The position numbers and the translations under genes are program-made. This document shows, piece after piece, positions 35,839 to 48,900 of a stretch of DNA of 64,000 nt. This DNA comes from a virus (lineage: Duplodnaviria > Caudoviricetes). The stretch is from the IMG/VR virus record IMGVR_UViG_3300037067_023527, positions 48,784 to 112,783 of that record; one strand, 5' to 3'. How positions within the stretch are numbered: position 1 is the first letter of the stretch; each line of letters starts with the position of its first letter. The notes beneath the pieces are model-generated. The model did not search any database. It saw only the letters and a program-made list of their open reading frames with translations, and was not told where the DNA came from.

Positions 35839-37044
35839 GTGACGCTGCACAAGACGGATTTTATTGAGTATCTTACGGGATCCCAACCCACTGGCTGGAC
35901 TAAAAGATATACCACGACCAACATCACGTATACCGTAGAAACTTCTGATTGGGCTTTAGCCCCGGGAAAATGCCTCCATGTAGTGAATAGCGCCACGGCA
36001 CGGAAAATGTTCTCGTGGGACGCACTGGATGGCACTCAGAATTTCAGTGCTTTAGTTTTGATAAAGATTAGCAATATAAATACTGCTACGGCAGCATGGG
36101 GTCTTTACTTTAGATCCTCTGGTGCTGCAGGGTCAGAAACAACCTATTGGTTTAACTCAACCGCCACCCCTGGTGATTTCCGTTTTGGCAGGGTGGTTTC
36201 TGGGTCTGGAACGATTGGATCAGGTAATTCAATAGGCATGCCGGGCGGCAGAGATGACATGTATTTGTGGATGCGCTGGAGCGCGTCCGGATCTGCCATG
36301 AAATTCAAAATGTGGAGGTTTGACAGCGTTGAGCCCAATGAGTGGCATATTGAAATAACCGACACCACTATATCCGCGGCCGGATGGTTTGGATTTGGCG
36401 CGAGGTACGCCACCGATTATAGGATTTATTGGATCGGTGTTGATGACGCCGCCACGGTGTCTGTCCCAGATGTATGGAGAGAAAGTACAAACTGGGGAAT
36501 GAACCAAGTTGATGCCGATACCTTAACCGGAGCAGGGGCGCTGATAAATTCTTTCGTTGTTCAGGGGGAACTTTATAACCTTTCCAATACGTTTCTAAAA
36601 TCTGTTTCAGTTAAATTCGGGACACACACGCTTGGAAAAGATATTAGATTGGGAGCATATAGCGGAGGCGCGGCTAATGATCCCGCCGGGGCCTCATTGC
36701 TGGCAGATTTTGGTTTAACCTCTGGCAGCGGGGCCGGATGGGTGACGCTGGTCGCCGGGAATCCCGTCCTAATTCCAGCAGGACAATATTTGTGGATCGC
36801 GGCTAAATCAAACGAAACAACTGGCGTAAATATAAATAGTACAACAACTAGGCACTATGCCAGTAATATCCAGTCATTACGTGGTCGTGGCATCAATACG
36901 ACAATGAGTGTCGACGAACAGGACCCCTATCCCGCAACATATACTGGGGGGGTTACCTTTTCTGGGGCTTGGTACGCAATGCGTTTGGGGTTATGGCTTC
37001 CCCCTCCCATGTCTGTATTCGGAGATTTGCATGGATATATTTGA
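35839..37044 (+). CDS. tail-associated beta-sandwich protein
   Basis: Follows fiber; S/T/G/W-rich. Confidence 0.6.
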   Translation: MTLHKTDFIEYLTGSQPTGWTKRYTTTNITYTVETSDWALAPGKCLHVVNSATARKMFSWDALDGTQNFSALVLIKISNINTATAAWGLYFRSSGAAGSETTYWFNSTATPGDFRFGRVVSGSGTIGSGNSIGMPGGRDDMYLWMRWSASGSAMKFKMWRFDSVEPNEWHIEITDTTISAAGWFGFGARYATDYRIYWIGVDDAATVSVPDVWRESTNWGMNQVDADTLTGAGALINSFVVQGELYNLSNTFLKSVSVKFGTHTLGKDIRLGAYSGGAANDPAGASLLADFGLTSGSGAGWVTLVAGNPVLIPAGQYLWIAAKSNETTGVNINSTTTRHYASNIQSLRGRGINTTMSVDEQDPYPATYTGGVTFSGAWYAMRLGLWLPPPMSVFGDLHGYI

Positions 37045-37089
37045 TCGGACTTGACTCGATTGTTTTAAGCTATCAGTCGGGAGAAACTT

Positions 37090-37674
37090 ATGGCAGAGAA
37101 AAAGGAATTTCAGTGGCTGCAGCCTCCATTCATGCTTATGCCCTACGTGGTGCAGGAGGGGATGTTCGCTCCGGAGGATCTCATATCTCTTCACAATCGA
37201 ATCAAAGAAGAAGGGCTTTGGGATACGGTTTTTCATGACAATCCTCAGATGAATTTGCTGGAATTCATGAACTTCTTCAGCGCGCGCGGCGTCATGCTCC
37301 AAATTATCCACACTGTAGAAGGCGATGTCATTCAGGACAAGGCTGCGATAGCGTGGCTTTCCGGAGTGGAGCAGTACGGAGACAGCCTGAGGGCCATTGC
37401 ATCATTCTGTGTTTTCAGGGATTACCAGAATCCGGTTATTGTCGACCGAATGGCCAAAATGGTTTTCTCCTACTGGTTTGATGAACTGGGGATGGAGATC
37501 GTCATAGGCATGACTCCGGAATCAAATTCACATGCAGTCAATTTCATAAAGCGGATTGGATTTATCGAAATAGGTCGGATCCCAAAATATTCATATTTGA
37601 AGGGGTCCAAGACTCCATGCGTGATCACCTACATGGACAATGAACAGTATAAAACTCTCTATGGGGGCAAATAA
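37090..37674 (+). CDS. GNAT-like acetyltransferase
   Basis: GMTPESNSHAVNFIKRIGFIEIGRIP; usual position before podoviral ejection genes. Confidence 0.7.
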   Translation: MAEKKEFQWLQPPFMLMPYVVQEGMFAPEDLISLHNRIKEEGLWDTVFHDNPQMNLLEFMNFFSARGVMLQIIHTVEGDVIQDKAAIAWLSGVEQYGDSLRAIASFCVFRDYQNPVIVDRMAKMVFSYWFDELGMEIVIGMTPESNSHAVNFIKRIGFIEIGRIPKYSYLKGSKTPCVITYMDNEQYKTLYGGK

Positions 37675-38249
37675 TGGGATCCGGGGAGCGCAAAAAGGCA
37701 TCATCTGCCCTGCAACAACAGGGATTGTTTGCTCAACGACAAGGCAATTTATCTCGACAATTGCTGGATGAATCAGCTCCATGGAGAGCAATCGCCGGGA
37801 AATATTACACGGATGTGGCAAAAGGCGGCGATGAACTGACTCGATCGGTTGCGCCCCAGATCAATGCGACCACCATGCAGTATCAAACCGCACTTAAAAG
37901 AGCGCGGGAGATGCCGGCGGGAGGATCCCGCGATCGCATGGTCCGAGAAATAAGATTGGGCGAGGCTGGAACAAAGGCCGGAATTTATTCTGGCGGCGTT
38001 CAGGATGCCGTAAACAAATTGACCTCCATGAGCCAGTTTAACACGGGCGCCGGAATGGAGGGGTACGGAGCTGCAGGATCAGGATATTCCAGCGTGGCTC
38101 GCAGTTATTCCGATATGGCCAGAGACAAAGGCCAACAGGTAGCGGGCATGGCAGGCGGTCTGGGAGGATTGACGGCCATGGTTGGAGGCGGGAAGGGCAG
38201 TGGCACGCCTGGACCCAGTGCAGCACCATCAACCGCCGGATTGGCGTAG
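37674..38249 (+). CDS. internal virion / ejection protein (putative)
   Basis: MG start, G/A/S/Q-rich, position. Confidence 0.65.
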   Translation: MGSGERKKASSALQQQGLFAQRQGNLSRQLLDESAPWRAIAGKYYTDVAKGGDELTRSVAPQINATTMQYQTALKRAREMPAGGSRDRMVREIRLGEAGTKAGIYSGGVQDAVNKLTSMSQFNTGAGMEGYGAAGSGYSSVARSYSDMARDKGQQVAGMAGGLGGLTAMVGGGKGSGTPGPSAAPSTAGLA

Positions 38250-38256
38250 GAGACTC

Positions 38257-38370
38257 ATGAAAAAGAAATATTCCAAACCTGTTTTTAAGAAACTTTCAAA
38301 GTTCGACTTCACGCCGAAAAAATTCAAGCTTTCCTGCAGGCAATGCGGCGGGTGCCATGGCTGCAGATAA
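38257..38370 (+). CDS. 37-aa peptide resembling a RiPP precursor
   Basis: AGGAG RBS; MKKKYSKPVFKKLSKFDFTPKKFKLSCRQCGGCHGCR. Confidence 0.6.
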   Translation: MKKKYSKPVFKKLSKFDFTPKKFKLSCRQCGGCHGCR

Positions 38371-38491
38371 AAAAGTCGGAGTAGTCGACAAGGCCAAGAA
38401 ATATTTTTTGCGAAAAGGCGAGTACGTCGTTCCAGCTCGTAAGGCGAAGCGAATTCGCCGGGCTGCATCTCGCCCCGGACGTAGGGGATAG
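38357..38491 (+). CDS. 44-aa basic peptide (not in ORF track)
   Basis: LRKGEYVVPARKAKR resembles LHKGEMVARKARR of 16183..16509. Confidence 0.55.
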   Translation: MAADKKVGVVDKAKKYFLRKGEYVVPARKAKRIRRAASRPGRRG

Positions 38492-38499
38492 GAGGCGTC

Positions 38500-39972
38500 A
38501 TGCCTGATGCTCAGGGAGTATCGTCTGTCGTTGGGGAATTCCTCAAAGGCTACATGGGTCAGACCGCCCAAGAAGAGCAGAAGAAGGTCGAGAAGGTGCG
38601 CGGCATCCTGGACATAGCCGATCGATACCGGCGCATTGCAGAGGATCCGGACGCTTCCGACGTGGAATATAACCACGCCCAGGAGCAATACCAGACCTTT
38701 CTCGGCATGGCCGATAAAGAGTTCAACCGCAGCACCAGCGGTCTCGGCTCCATCATGAAGATCTTCGGTTTCGGCAAAAAAGGCAAAAATGGGACAACTC
38801 CATCAATGCCGAGGCAATGGTTTCAAAAACCTCCTGAAAAGGGAGCCCCAACCGTCGCCGCGGCAATGCCTCGTCCGGGCTTTATGGGCCCGGAGCCAAC
38901 TATCCCGCGGGAAGAAGATATGCCGGCCGAATTCCGCGGCATTCCCCGTCAGATGTATGCCTCTGTACCCGGTACGGCCGCTCCCGCCCCCATTGCTCCT
39001 GTCGCAAATCCGGCGCCTCCAGACCAATATGCTGGTATGAGTCCAAGATTGGTGAGAAGAGCCCAATTTGCCGACATTCAAGCTGATAAAAACCAGCAGA
39101 GACAAATTGAAGCCGCAAAACAGACTGCGGAAATAAATAAACAAAACCAGCAGGATGTTTACAATTGGCAGCAACAACAGAGGCAGGCGCTGATCAAAGA
39201 TCAGCTCGATGCATATCGCGCCAGACCCGAATATGGAACGGATCCCGAAGCCGACAGGCGCATGGAGGATTATATCCAATTTGGCATACAGCCTCGGCAA
39301 GAATCATTGCGGACAAAAACAGAAATAGTGCGCAATGAGGCAAACCAATTAGTCAGACGAACGACAGATTTGAGGAACGGGGAAACTATAAGCGAAGATC
39401 CTTATGCCAATGCCAACGACGAACCTTTAATTCAGGCAATAATCGAAAACCATAGGGCAAAAGGAGAAACAGTAACGCCTGATCAGGCTTTGGCTGAATT
39501 AGGACAAGTTCGGTTAAGGGGATTGACCTTGACTAATACCGGGAAGGAAGCCGGCATTCAAGCCCAAGCCGCCCTTACTAAATCCAGGCAACAGAGAACG
39601 CAATTCCTTAAAGACAAGGAAAATAATGGAGGAACGCTTACTCCATCCCAGGCTGCCAGCCTGTATAAAGCGGCTAAGGCAAGTGCAATATCTAGATTTA
39701 AAGCAGAAGTTAGTGAAATGGATCAACTGCAAATGAATCAGGCCACAAAGAATGCCATGATAGCCCGATTTGAAAAAGAGTATGTCGAAGGCGGTAGTGG
39801 GCAGGAAGGCATTATGGCATGGGATGAAATGATAAAACTTGTCAATCCCAATGCCGCGCCTCCGAAAACACCAGAGGAAAAAGCAAAGGCTTTCATTCAA
39901 AGCATGGTTGGAGCGCAAAAGAATAATCCTTCCGCTCCTGCAACGATCAGGCCTGGCAATTTACCCAAGTGA
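38500..39972 (+). CDS. internal virion / ejection protein (putative)
   Basis: AGGAGG RBS; helical Q/A/P-rich; precedes giant protein. Confidence 0.65.
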   Translation: MPDAQGVSSVVGEFLKGYMGQTAQEEQKKVEKVRGILDIADRYRRIAEDPDASDVEYNHAQEQYQTFLGMADKEFNRSTSGLGSIMKIFGFGKKGKNGTTPSMPRQWFQKPPEKGAPTVAAAMPRPGFMGPEPTIPREEDMPAEFRGIPRQMYASVPGTAAPAPIAPVANPAPPDQYAGMSPRLVRRAQFADIQADKNQQRQIEAAKQTAEINKQNQQDVYNWQQQQRQALIKDQLDAYRARPEYGTDPEADRRMEDYIQFGIQPRQESLRTKTEIVRNEANQLVRRTTDLRNGETISEDPYANANDEPLIQAIIENHRAKGETVTPDQALAELGQVRLRGLTLTNTGKEAGIQAQAALTKSRQQRTQFLKDKENNGGTLTPSQAASLYKAAKASAISRFKAEVSEMDQLQMNQATKNAMIARFEKEYVEGGSGQEGIMAWDEMIKLVNPNAAPPKTPEEKAKAFIQSMVGAQKNNPSAPATIRPGNLPK

Positions 39973-42900
39973 GCGATTCTTCTATGGCAACAAATCCTGC
40001 TATTGCTCCGCAAGACGATCCGTGGGAAAAGATAAAGGCGAAAGACGTTTATCTCAATCCCGAGTTTTACAAATTAGACAGGGATACTCGGGCCTACATT
40101 ACGAGCAAGGTTGTTCCCGATTGGCAAAAATGGGATGAACCGACGCGCAACGCGACGATAGATGCACCGCTTACATATTGGCAGGAATATTACAAACCTG
40201 CTCCTCCACCCGAGGAACCCTCCTTTTTCAGTAAAGCCGCCGGCGCGGTAAAGAATGTTTTGAATGAATTCGCCCTCTCCCAGGGTGAGGCCGCAAAAGA
40301 GCGGTCGCTTGCTGCATTGCCGCAAGACTTTGGTCAGCCTCCAGACATTGATGAGGAAATCAAAAAGCAAAAAGAGGCCAGAAAGCCCAAAGCCAAATTC
40401 GACCCCGAGGGATCCGGGTACGACTATGAAGCCGCTCGATCAGCCGGATTGAATATGGACGAAACGGGCCATTGGCCTAGCCGTGATCCTAAAACAGGAT
40501 TAATTTTGAAGGGCCGCGCTCATGAAACATGGTCTAAAACCGAGGAGGGTGAGCGGCAAGCCGGGTATCAAATTTATAAGAAAAACGGGAGATATTATTC
40601 CAAACCGATAAATATTCCTGCGTACAACGACCAGATTATTGCCGAACAAGCCGAAAAACTGAATGACGAATTGGGAGAAATTTCATTTAATTTGAAAGAA
40701 AGAGGCAAGGAAATTGACTCTTTACTTCCTACCGTCGACCGGGCTAATCCCCAGAGCGTGGAATATTTCAATACCAAGGTTAATGAATATAATGGATTGA
40801 TCACCCAGGCGAAAGAACGCAAAAGTAAACTGGATCCGCTTCTGGCCACCGGCTATAAACTGAAACGCAGCGTTTGGGGCGCATCCGTAAATATCCCGGG
40901 AGGCGTTCCTGTCATCGATCGCAGAACGGAAACCGAGAAACTTCCGCTGGAAACTGCCGCTCCGAAAACCAAGACGGGATTGAAGCCCGGCGAGACCGCG
41001 GAAATTTCCGAAGACGTTATCGCCCCAGACTTGGCAAACTACCAAGCAATGCCGGACGGTACGTTTATAGACCGGCGCCCAAATTCTCAGGGCAAGCACG
41101 ACACCGTAAAGCTGATTGGCGGGCAACCCTATCGCGTAATAGAGCCTCCAGAAAAAACCGCTGAAGAACGCGTCATGCAGATCAATATCGATCGCATAAC
41201 GAATGGTCAGGCTCCTCTTCCTATCCCAACCAGTCGTTTCGGCAATGCCGTGATGTCTACGATGAAGGGATTCGCTGAAGGATTGCCGGCGAATTTTAAA
41301 TCTATCGCCGCAATGGGCCACCTGGCTCAATATGCGATGAATCCGCAAATTGACACGATCGCCGCAACAGGGATTGCTCCTGAACCTCCCAGATTGGAAG
41401 ATAGTTGGTTGTGGCAAGCAGCTCAGGCGATTCAGGATAAAATTGATGCAGGACTCCCTGTCAATCCAGCTTTCCAGAATGAATTTTGGGCCTCCATGGT
41501 TCCGCAGGGGTTGGGATCGACAGCATACTTCATGACAGTAGGAGCCCTCTCGAGCCGGCTTGGAATCAATCCACTCCTTTCAACGGCTGGTGGCGGCGCA
41601 CTCGTTCAAATGGGACCGATGTATGAGGAAGCTTATTTGTCTGGAGCTCCACCGCTGGAATTATTTGCGACCGCGCTCGCGGGAATCGGCCTTGGTGCAT
41701 CAGAAGCTATTCCGATAAACAAAGCCCTGAAAAGGTTTGATGACGTTACCGGAGGATTCGCCTCTCGATTTATCAAAAATCGCATGAGGAAGGCGCTCGA
41801 GGGCGGGATTCAGGGATTCGCAGAGGAATTCCTGCAGGAGTTTTCACAGAACATTGGGCAGGATTGGGTGTCGAGCGCCACTACCCGCCGCGGGATCCCA
41901 ACTGATTTAGACAAAACATACGGCCTGCCACAGAACCTTAATAGACCTCCCGCCAAAGAGATGAATATTAAGGAAGATTTCATGCAGGGATTGGCCGGCG
42001 GTGTGTCGGGCGCCGCAATGTCTGCCCTGATGGCAACTCTGGGCGTCTCCAATTTCAGGAATCGCATTCGGCAAGCTTACAAGCAATCTGTCGACAATCT
42101 GCAAATGGAGATGCGAGATCAGAGGGTCCCAGAAGAAGAAGTTAGATTGCGCATCGGATTGCTGAGAGCCCAGGAAAAGCAACTTATCCGGCGCCTGGAA
42201 AGACAGGCCGATGAGTTGGATAAAAAGGCAGATAACAAAGTTAAGGAATGGGAGAAACTTACAGGGACGAAGGCCGTAATGGTCCTCGATCCAGAAAGTG
42301 GCTCCGTCATTTCCATCAACAATAAGGCGGATTACGATCGCGCAAAAGAATCCCAGGAAAATGAAGCCCCTCCTGCTCCTCCAGCCGCGGCGGCTCCCGT
42401 TGTTCCGGAAGAGGCCGCGCCGCCGGCCCCGCCGGCGGTTACCCCAGAAACTCCTGCAATGACTGAAGAGCAAATTCAGCAACAGGTGTCGACCGGGGAA
42501 GAAAAGATTCGCCAGGAAGCCAAAAGAGTTGCGGATCAAAAAACGGATGAAGCCTTTGCCGCGGCCAGAGAAAAATGGAATAAACTCAAAGGGGAAATGG
42601 GACAGCTTTTTGAGGGCGCCGCGCCGGCCGTTCAGCCTGCTCAAAAAGAAGGACCCGCCGGCATGGAAACTCCACCGCTCTCCCCAGAGCAAGAGGCTTT
42701 CCATGGCTGGTTGAATACCGTCTCTCCTTCCGAAAAAGCGGAATCCGTTGGTCAATACCAGGATTGGGTGAAAGAGACCCTTCCAGAAGAACTCAGGCCG
42801 TATGCTCCGTCATACTTGCGAGCGCAAGCGCATTTTGCCGAGGGACTTATTGGAACTGAAGGTATGGCCGAATGGGCCGCAAAAGAAGCCCAAAGAATCC

Positions 42901-45900
42901 AAGTGGAGGCGGCTAAACCGATCGATGCCGAATCTTTGTTGCAGAAGATGCCTCCGGAAAACCTGGAGGCTCTTGTCCAGAACGGCACAACCGATGAAGA
43001 TCTCAAAGCCATCATTGGGAAAGCCTTTGGCATGCGCGGGGGATGGGGCAATGAAGATGAGGCATTGCCGATTGTTCGTTACAGCGGTGGCCCGCATCCG
43101 TTCTTCAATATCAAAAAGCCTCACACCAAAGAAGAAGTGAAACTCACCGGAAAAAATCTGGTTGAGGCATACCGGAAAACCTTCGGCATACCGCAAGTAC
43201 AGACTCCGGCCGTGGCGGAAACCACAGTAACCCCTGAAGCTACTCCGGTAAAACCAAATGGAACAGAAGATGATGGAACTAGTCCGTTTGGTTTTGGGGT
43301 CCAAAAGATTGCCGGAAAAATGCAATTGGCTCTCAGCAAAGAACAGATCGAATCGCTCAAGAAAATGCCTGTAGAAAGAGCGACCCAGATTGTTCAGAAT
43401 CGAATCGATCGCGCAATCGAGTTGGGATCGAACTATCAGGAAAAACTTTCTGATATCCTGCAATCTCTTGCTCCACCAGAAATTACTCCTGCCCAAGTTC
43501 CATTTATGATTACAAAATTGGATCGTCAGTCATTATTGGATCTCGGGTGGACCAATAAGCAAATTGACGGAATGACGCCCGCCGATGCGCAGACATATCT
43601 GGCTCAAAACCAGGGTCCAGAAGCGGCCACGCCGGCACAAAAAGAAGTAGTTCCAGAAGAATTCGGACAGGCTCCGGAGGCACCAGGGCCTTTGACGGAA
43701 ACGCCTGTCGTTGAGCCGGTCGCAACTCCGCCGGCAGAAGCTTCCGATGTTAGACTCGCCAGAAGGATAGCGGAGCATCTGAAATTGGGCGCTGGCATCG
43801 ATAAAAATGTCTTCTTTACCTTTGCCGATGAAGAGTATGGCGGCACCCGGGCTGAAGGCAAGTATGGACCCAGCGAAGCATACGACGCTCTGGAACTGGG
43901 CATCAATCTCTACATCCAGGGGATGGATGATTCTGGTTGGCTCAATGCGGATCTTGAAACTGCGCATAAGACGATCGGAATGCTGCAGGACCTGCAAGCT
44001 GATATCGTTTCCCAAACAAACCGATCTGGCAATAAGGAATTGCTGCAGCAATTCTCCACCCCTCCGGCCTATGCGTATGCGATCTCCTGGATAGCCAATG
44101 TCCAGCCAGGTGATATCGTCGCCGAGACTTCCGCGGGCACAGGCGATATCGCCCTGCAGGCGCAGAAAATGGGCGGAGAAGTTCATGCGAATGAAATCGA
44201 TCCTCGCCGGGCGGCGTTGCTCGAGCAGATCATTCCGAATGTTACGCAATATGATGCGGAACAGATCGGCAACATCCTCCGGAACAAATTAAAGCCGACC
44301 GTTGTTGTGATAAATCCGCCATTCAGCCACGCCGGAACGAGAATGGGCGGCAAGAAAGTCATCGGAATCGATCGGAATCATATCGACGCGGCTTTATCCC
44401 TTCTTCAGACGGCCGGCAGGCTTGTGGCGATTATTGGGGCGCCGTTGCAGGGCGGAGAAACCCTTGGCATGTCGGAATGGCTCGAAAAAACAAGATCAAA
44501 ATATAATATCAGGGCCAATGTCCAGGTTGGCAGGGATGTCTACAAGGGTTATGGCACCACATTCCCGACCCGAGTGCTGGTGATTGACAAAACGGGATCC
44601 ACGCCCGAGGGGTCGACAATAACGAGCAATGTGGAAAATCTCAGTCAGTTAATTGACAATTTAGAGGGAGTGCGCAATGAACGAAAGCCTGCGCCAAAGC
44701 CAAGTATTCAAGGCGAACCAGTCGCCGCTGGGGCAACTGACGTCCAAGTGCCTGGAACTGCTCCAGGCGGAGGACCCGGACCAATACGTACTGTACCCGT
44801 TACAACTGGTCCAGTCGATGTTGGAGAACCATCAGGACAGCCTGCCGTTGCTGGTGCGCAAGAACAGGGAATTTCTCCTGAGCCAGGCGGACGTAATGTC
44901 GGACTGGGACCCCAGCCTGGTGCTGGTGCAACTCCTGCAGCCGGAGCCGGGGGAATCGTTGGAGGAGAACGCGAAACAGGCGGCAAAGAGCCTGCAAAAC
45001 AAGAGCCCGGAGCAGGTAGGGGAAATATTAGCGGAGAACCTTCTGTTCAGCCTGGCGAAAGGGCGGCCGAGTCTGTTGGGACCGAGCCCAGAGCAGTAGC
45101 TCCCCAAAGAAAACTGGACGAAAATGTAATTTTCGATCCTTACACTCCCACCAATGTCACCCTAAAGGGAGCGCAGAAACATCCGGCCTCCGTCGTTGAG
45201 AGCAGCACGATGGCCGCAGTCAATTTTCCCAACACCAATTACGTTCCAGACATTCCTGAAAGCCTCATAGCCACAGGAGCACTCTCTGATATCCAATTGG
45301 AATTTATCGCCTCTGCCGGAGACAACCATTCCAGACTGATGCCCGATGGAAGCCGGTATGGAATCTTGCTGGGTGACGGCACCGGAATGGGGAAGGGACG
45401 CCAGCTTGCGGGAGTAATCCTGGATAATTGGCGCCGGGGAAGGCGCAAGGCCATCTGGATTTCCAAAAACAAAAAGCTTTTTGATGAGACTGTGCGCGAT
45501 TGGCGTGATCTGGGACAAAATGATAAACAGGTTTACAACATCAGCAAGTTCGGCGGTGACGCCGAGATCGACATTGATGAAGGGATATTGTATTCGACCT
45601 ATGACACCCTGAGATCCTCATCGAGAAATGGGAAAAGCCGGCTTCAACAATTGTCAGACTGGCTGAATAAAGGAGATAAAGAGTTTGACGGCGTGATCGT
45701 TTTCGATGAAGCGCATCTGATGGGAAGCCTTTCTTCTGAGCGCAGCGTAGCAGCTCGCGCGCTTCAGAATACATTTCCCAAAGCCCGCATTGTGTATGCT
45801 TCAGCCACTGCAGCAACGGAGATTGAGAGTTTGATTTTCGGGCAAAGATTGGGCCTGTGGGGCCCAGGAACTCCTTTCCCAACCGTGGAGGAGTTTGCTG

Positions 45901-48900
45901 CACAAATTGGCAGCTCTGGGGTGTCGGCTATGGAGGCAACCGCTCTTTCCTTGAAAGCCATGGGGCGCTACATGGCTCGTTCCATCAGTTTTGATGACGG
46001 CACAGATGAGGGGCGCGTCGAATATGAACGCTTAGAGCACAAACTCACCGGCGATCAAACATTGATGTACGACCGAATGGCGGAAGCATGGCAATCAGTT
46101 ATCGGAAGGATCGAATCGGTTCTTAAAGAGACCAAAGCACCCGGGCAGGCCCGCGGGCGGGCGCGGGCAAATTTCTGGTCAGCGCATCAACGCTTTTTTA
46201 ATATGATGCTGACCTCCATGCAGATGCCGGCCGTGCTGGAGCGCATAGAGCATGATCTTGCCTCAGGAAACTCCGTTGTGCTGCAGTTGACCAATACGGG
46301 TGAGGCTGATCAGGAGCGCGCCGTTGCCAACAGGGATCCAGAGGAAGATCTGGATGATTTCGCTATTGATCCTTTTGACACCCTCGTTAATTTGGTTAGC
46401 GATCATTTTCCAACGCAAGCATACGAGGATTATATAGGAGCCGACGGGAAAGTTAGAACCAGGGCAGCCTATACGGGGGGATACCTAGATGGAGTTCCTC
46501 AAGGAGAGCCGATTCAAGATGCGGCCGCGGTCGCCGCTAAAGAGGCTTTACTGGATGATCTGAATAGTATGAGCGCGCTCATGCCTGAGAGTCCGCTGGA
46601 CATGATCGTGAATACTTTTGGTTCAGATAGGGTGGCTGAAGTAACCGGGCGTAAACGGCGGTTCACCTGGGAGACGCAGCCGGATGGAAGCCGAAAGCGC
46701 GTCGAGCAACGCCGCACAAAGGAATTATCCAACAAAGCGGAAATAAACGCCTTCCAAAATGACAAGAAACAGATTCTTGTGTTTTCTGAAGCTGGGGGGA
46801 CCGGGGCAAGCTATCACGCCGATCGCAGGGCGGTGAACCAGAGGAAAAGAGTCCATTATCTGGTCCAAGCGGGATGGAGAGCAGACAATGCCATCCAAGG
46901 TCTCGGTAGAACGCATCGATCCAATCAGAGACAAGCCCCAGAATACGTCCTTGTTCACACTGATCTTTCTGGGCAAAAGAGATTCATCTCCACCATCGCG
47001 CGCCGCCTGGCTCAGTTGGGTGCGTTAACCAAAGGGCAACGCCAGGCCTCTGGTGGGGGAGTCTTTACTGCAGCGGATAATCTGGAAAGCCAGGAGTCGA
47101 CCGATGCATTGCGCCAATTCTTTATTGCGCTTAGAAATGGGGATGTTCCTGATATAACTATTGATGATTTTGAGGCCCAAACTGGACTGCAGCTTCGTAA
47201 CGAGCAAACCAGGAATCTTTTGCCCCCAGAACAATTGCCAGGAGTCACCCAATTCCTTAATCGTCTACTGTCTATGACAGTTTCCAATCAAAACAGGACT
47301 TTCGAAGCTTTTGATGAGTTCCTGAAAGAAATCGTAAATGCAAAAACAGCCGCCGGGACTCTGGATCAGGGCGTCGAAACTATTAAGGGCAGCAACATCG
47401 TTAAATTGCAGGACCGTTCCGTGTATCGCCATGAGACTGGCGCTGAAGCCCGGTATGTGTTGGTTGAGACTGATATGCCAGTCAAGAAAACAACATGGGA
47501 AAAGGCTCGCGGATATCCGGCGGTAGGCTTCGTCCAGAACAATAAAACCGGATACGTGTGGCAGGTAGAGGAATCCTCGGTCACCGACACCGATAAACAG
47601 GGCCAAGTTCACAGAATATACCGGCTGCGCGGTCCGGCGGGGATGCAATATGTGCGCGTCGAAAGCGTTGAGGGTGGGAATTATACGAGGATGGACGAGG
47701 AAGAGGCAAAAAAAGATTGGGAATTTCAGTACAACGCCGCGGCGGCAGTCAAAAAAGTAAGGCATCATATGATATCCGGAGCGGTTCTGCCGATCTGGGA
47801 CCGACTGCCGACCACGCACAATAAAATATTGCGAGCTCAGACCGTCGACGGTGAAATACTGATCGGGATTGACATTCCGCCAACGCATATTGATGAGACC
47901 CTGGGCAAATTGGGCGCCGAAGCAAGCGGCTCGGATGTTGACAGAATATTGCAGCAAATATTGGACGGCGCCGCCAAAGCCCAACTCACAAACGGTTGGA
48001 CAATCCAGCGAGCGCAGGTTCAAGGTGAAAAAAGAATTGAGATTTTAGGTCCGACTGCAACTCATCAGGGCCAATTGGAGAAAGCCGGCGTCATCGTTGA
48101 GAGGGTTGGCTTTAAATATCGCTATTTTATTCCGACTGGCGATAGCATGAGGACGGTATGGGATGCGGTCACCAAAAACAGACCGATAGCAAAAGTTGAT
48201 GAGTTCGCCGGCACTGCACCGACTCCCGATGCTGATCTCAGCCCAGTTCTCGGCCGTGCCGGCGGTCCAACCGAACTCACGATCGGCCGCGCAGAGACTC
48301 CCGAATCCATTCCTCAGGCCATAGAAGCCGCTGATTATTGGTTGCGCCAGGCTCAGGATTCCATCGATCGCATTGTCTCGGGAGAAGGAACACTCGAGGA
48401 CCAGGTGATCGTTCATCAGAATCCGATCATCGCAAAGCATTTACTGAATTGGATCAAGAGTCCTAATCCAGCTTCCTGGCTCAAAGAACGTCCACAGGTG
48501 GATCTTGCAGGCCGAGAGGTAAGGGATTACATCATTTCTGGTACCGGGTACAATGAAGAGCAAGCTACGGCCGAAGCTCTCCACTATGCTCCTTTTGTTG
48601 AACAAATGCTTCAGGATCTTTCTCTTCAAAAGGAAGGCATTGCCGTTCCTCCGGAAGAACTTTACATGGAGATGGCTGCGCCGCCGCAGACTACGAGCGT
48701 CCCCCCGATCTTGCCGGCTCCGCCGACTACTTCGGCCGGGGCTACATACGGGCCTCCTCCAATCGTCAATCCCAATGAACTTATCAGCAAAAACGACATC
48801 ATCATGGAGCTCTCCCGTAAACTTAAAATGCCTATCCGGTATGGGAGATTTCGCAGTAAGGCTCTTGGAATCTTCAAAGTGGATAAAGAAGTCATACGTT

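Noticed and set aside
23176-37044. Diversity-generating retroelement or invertible fiber cassette
   Set aside because: No reverse transcriptase or invertase, and no near-identical nucleotide repeats seen
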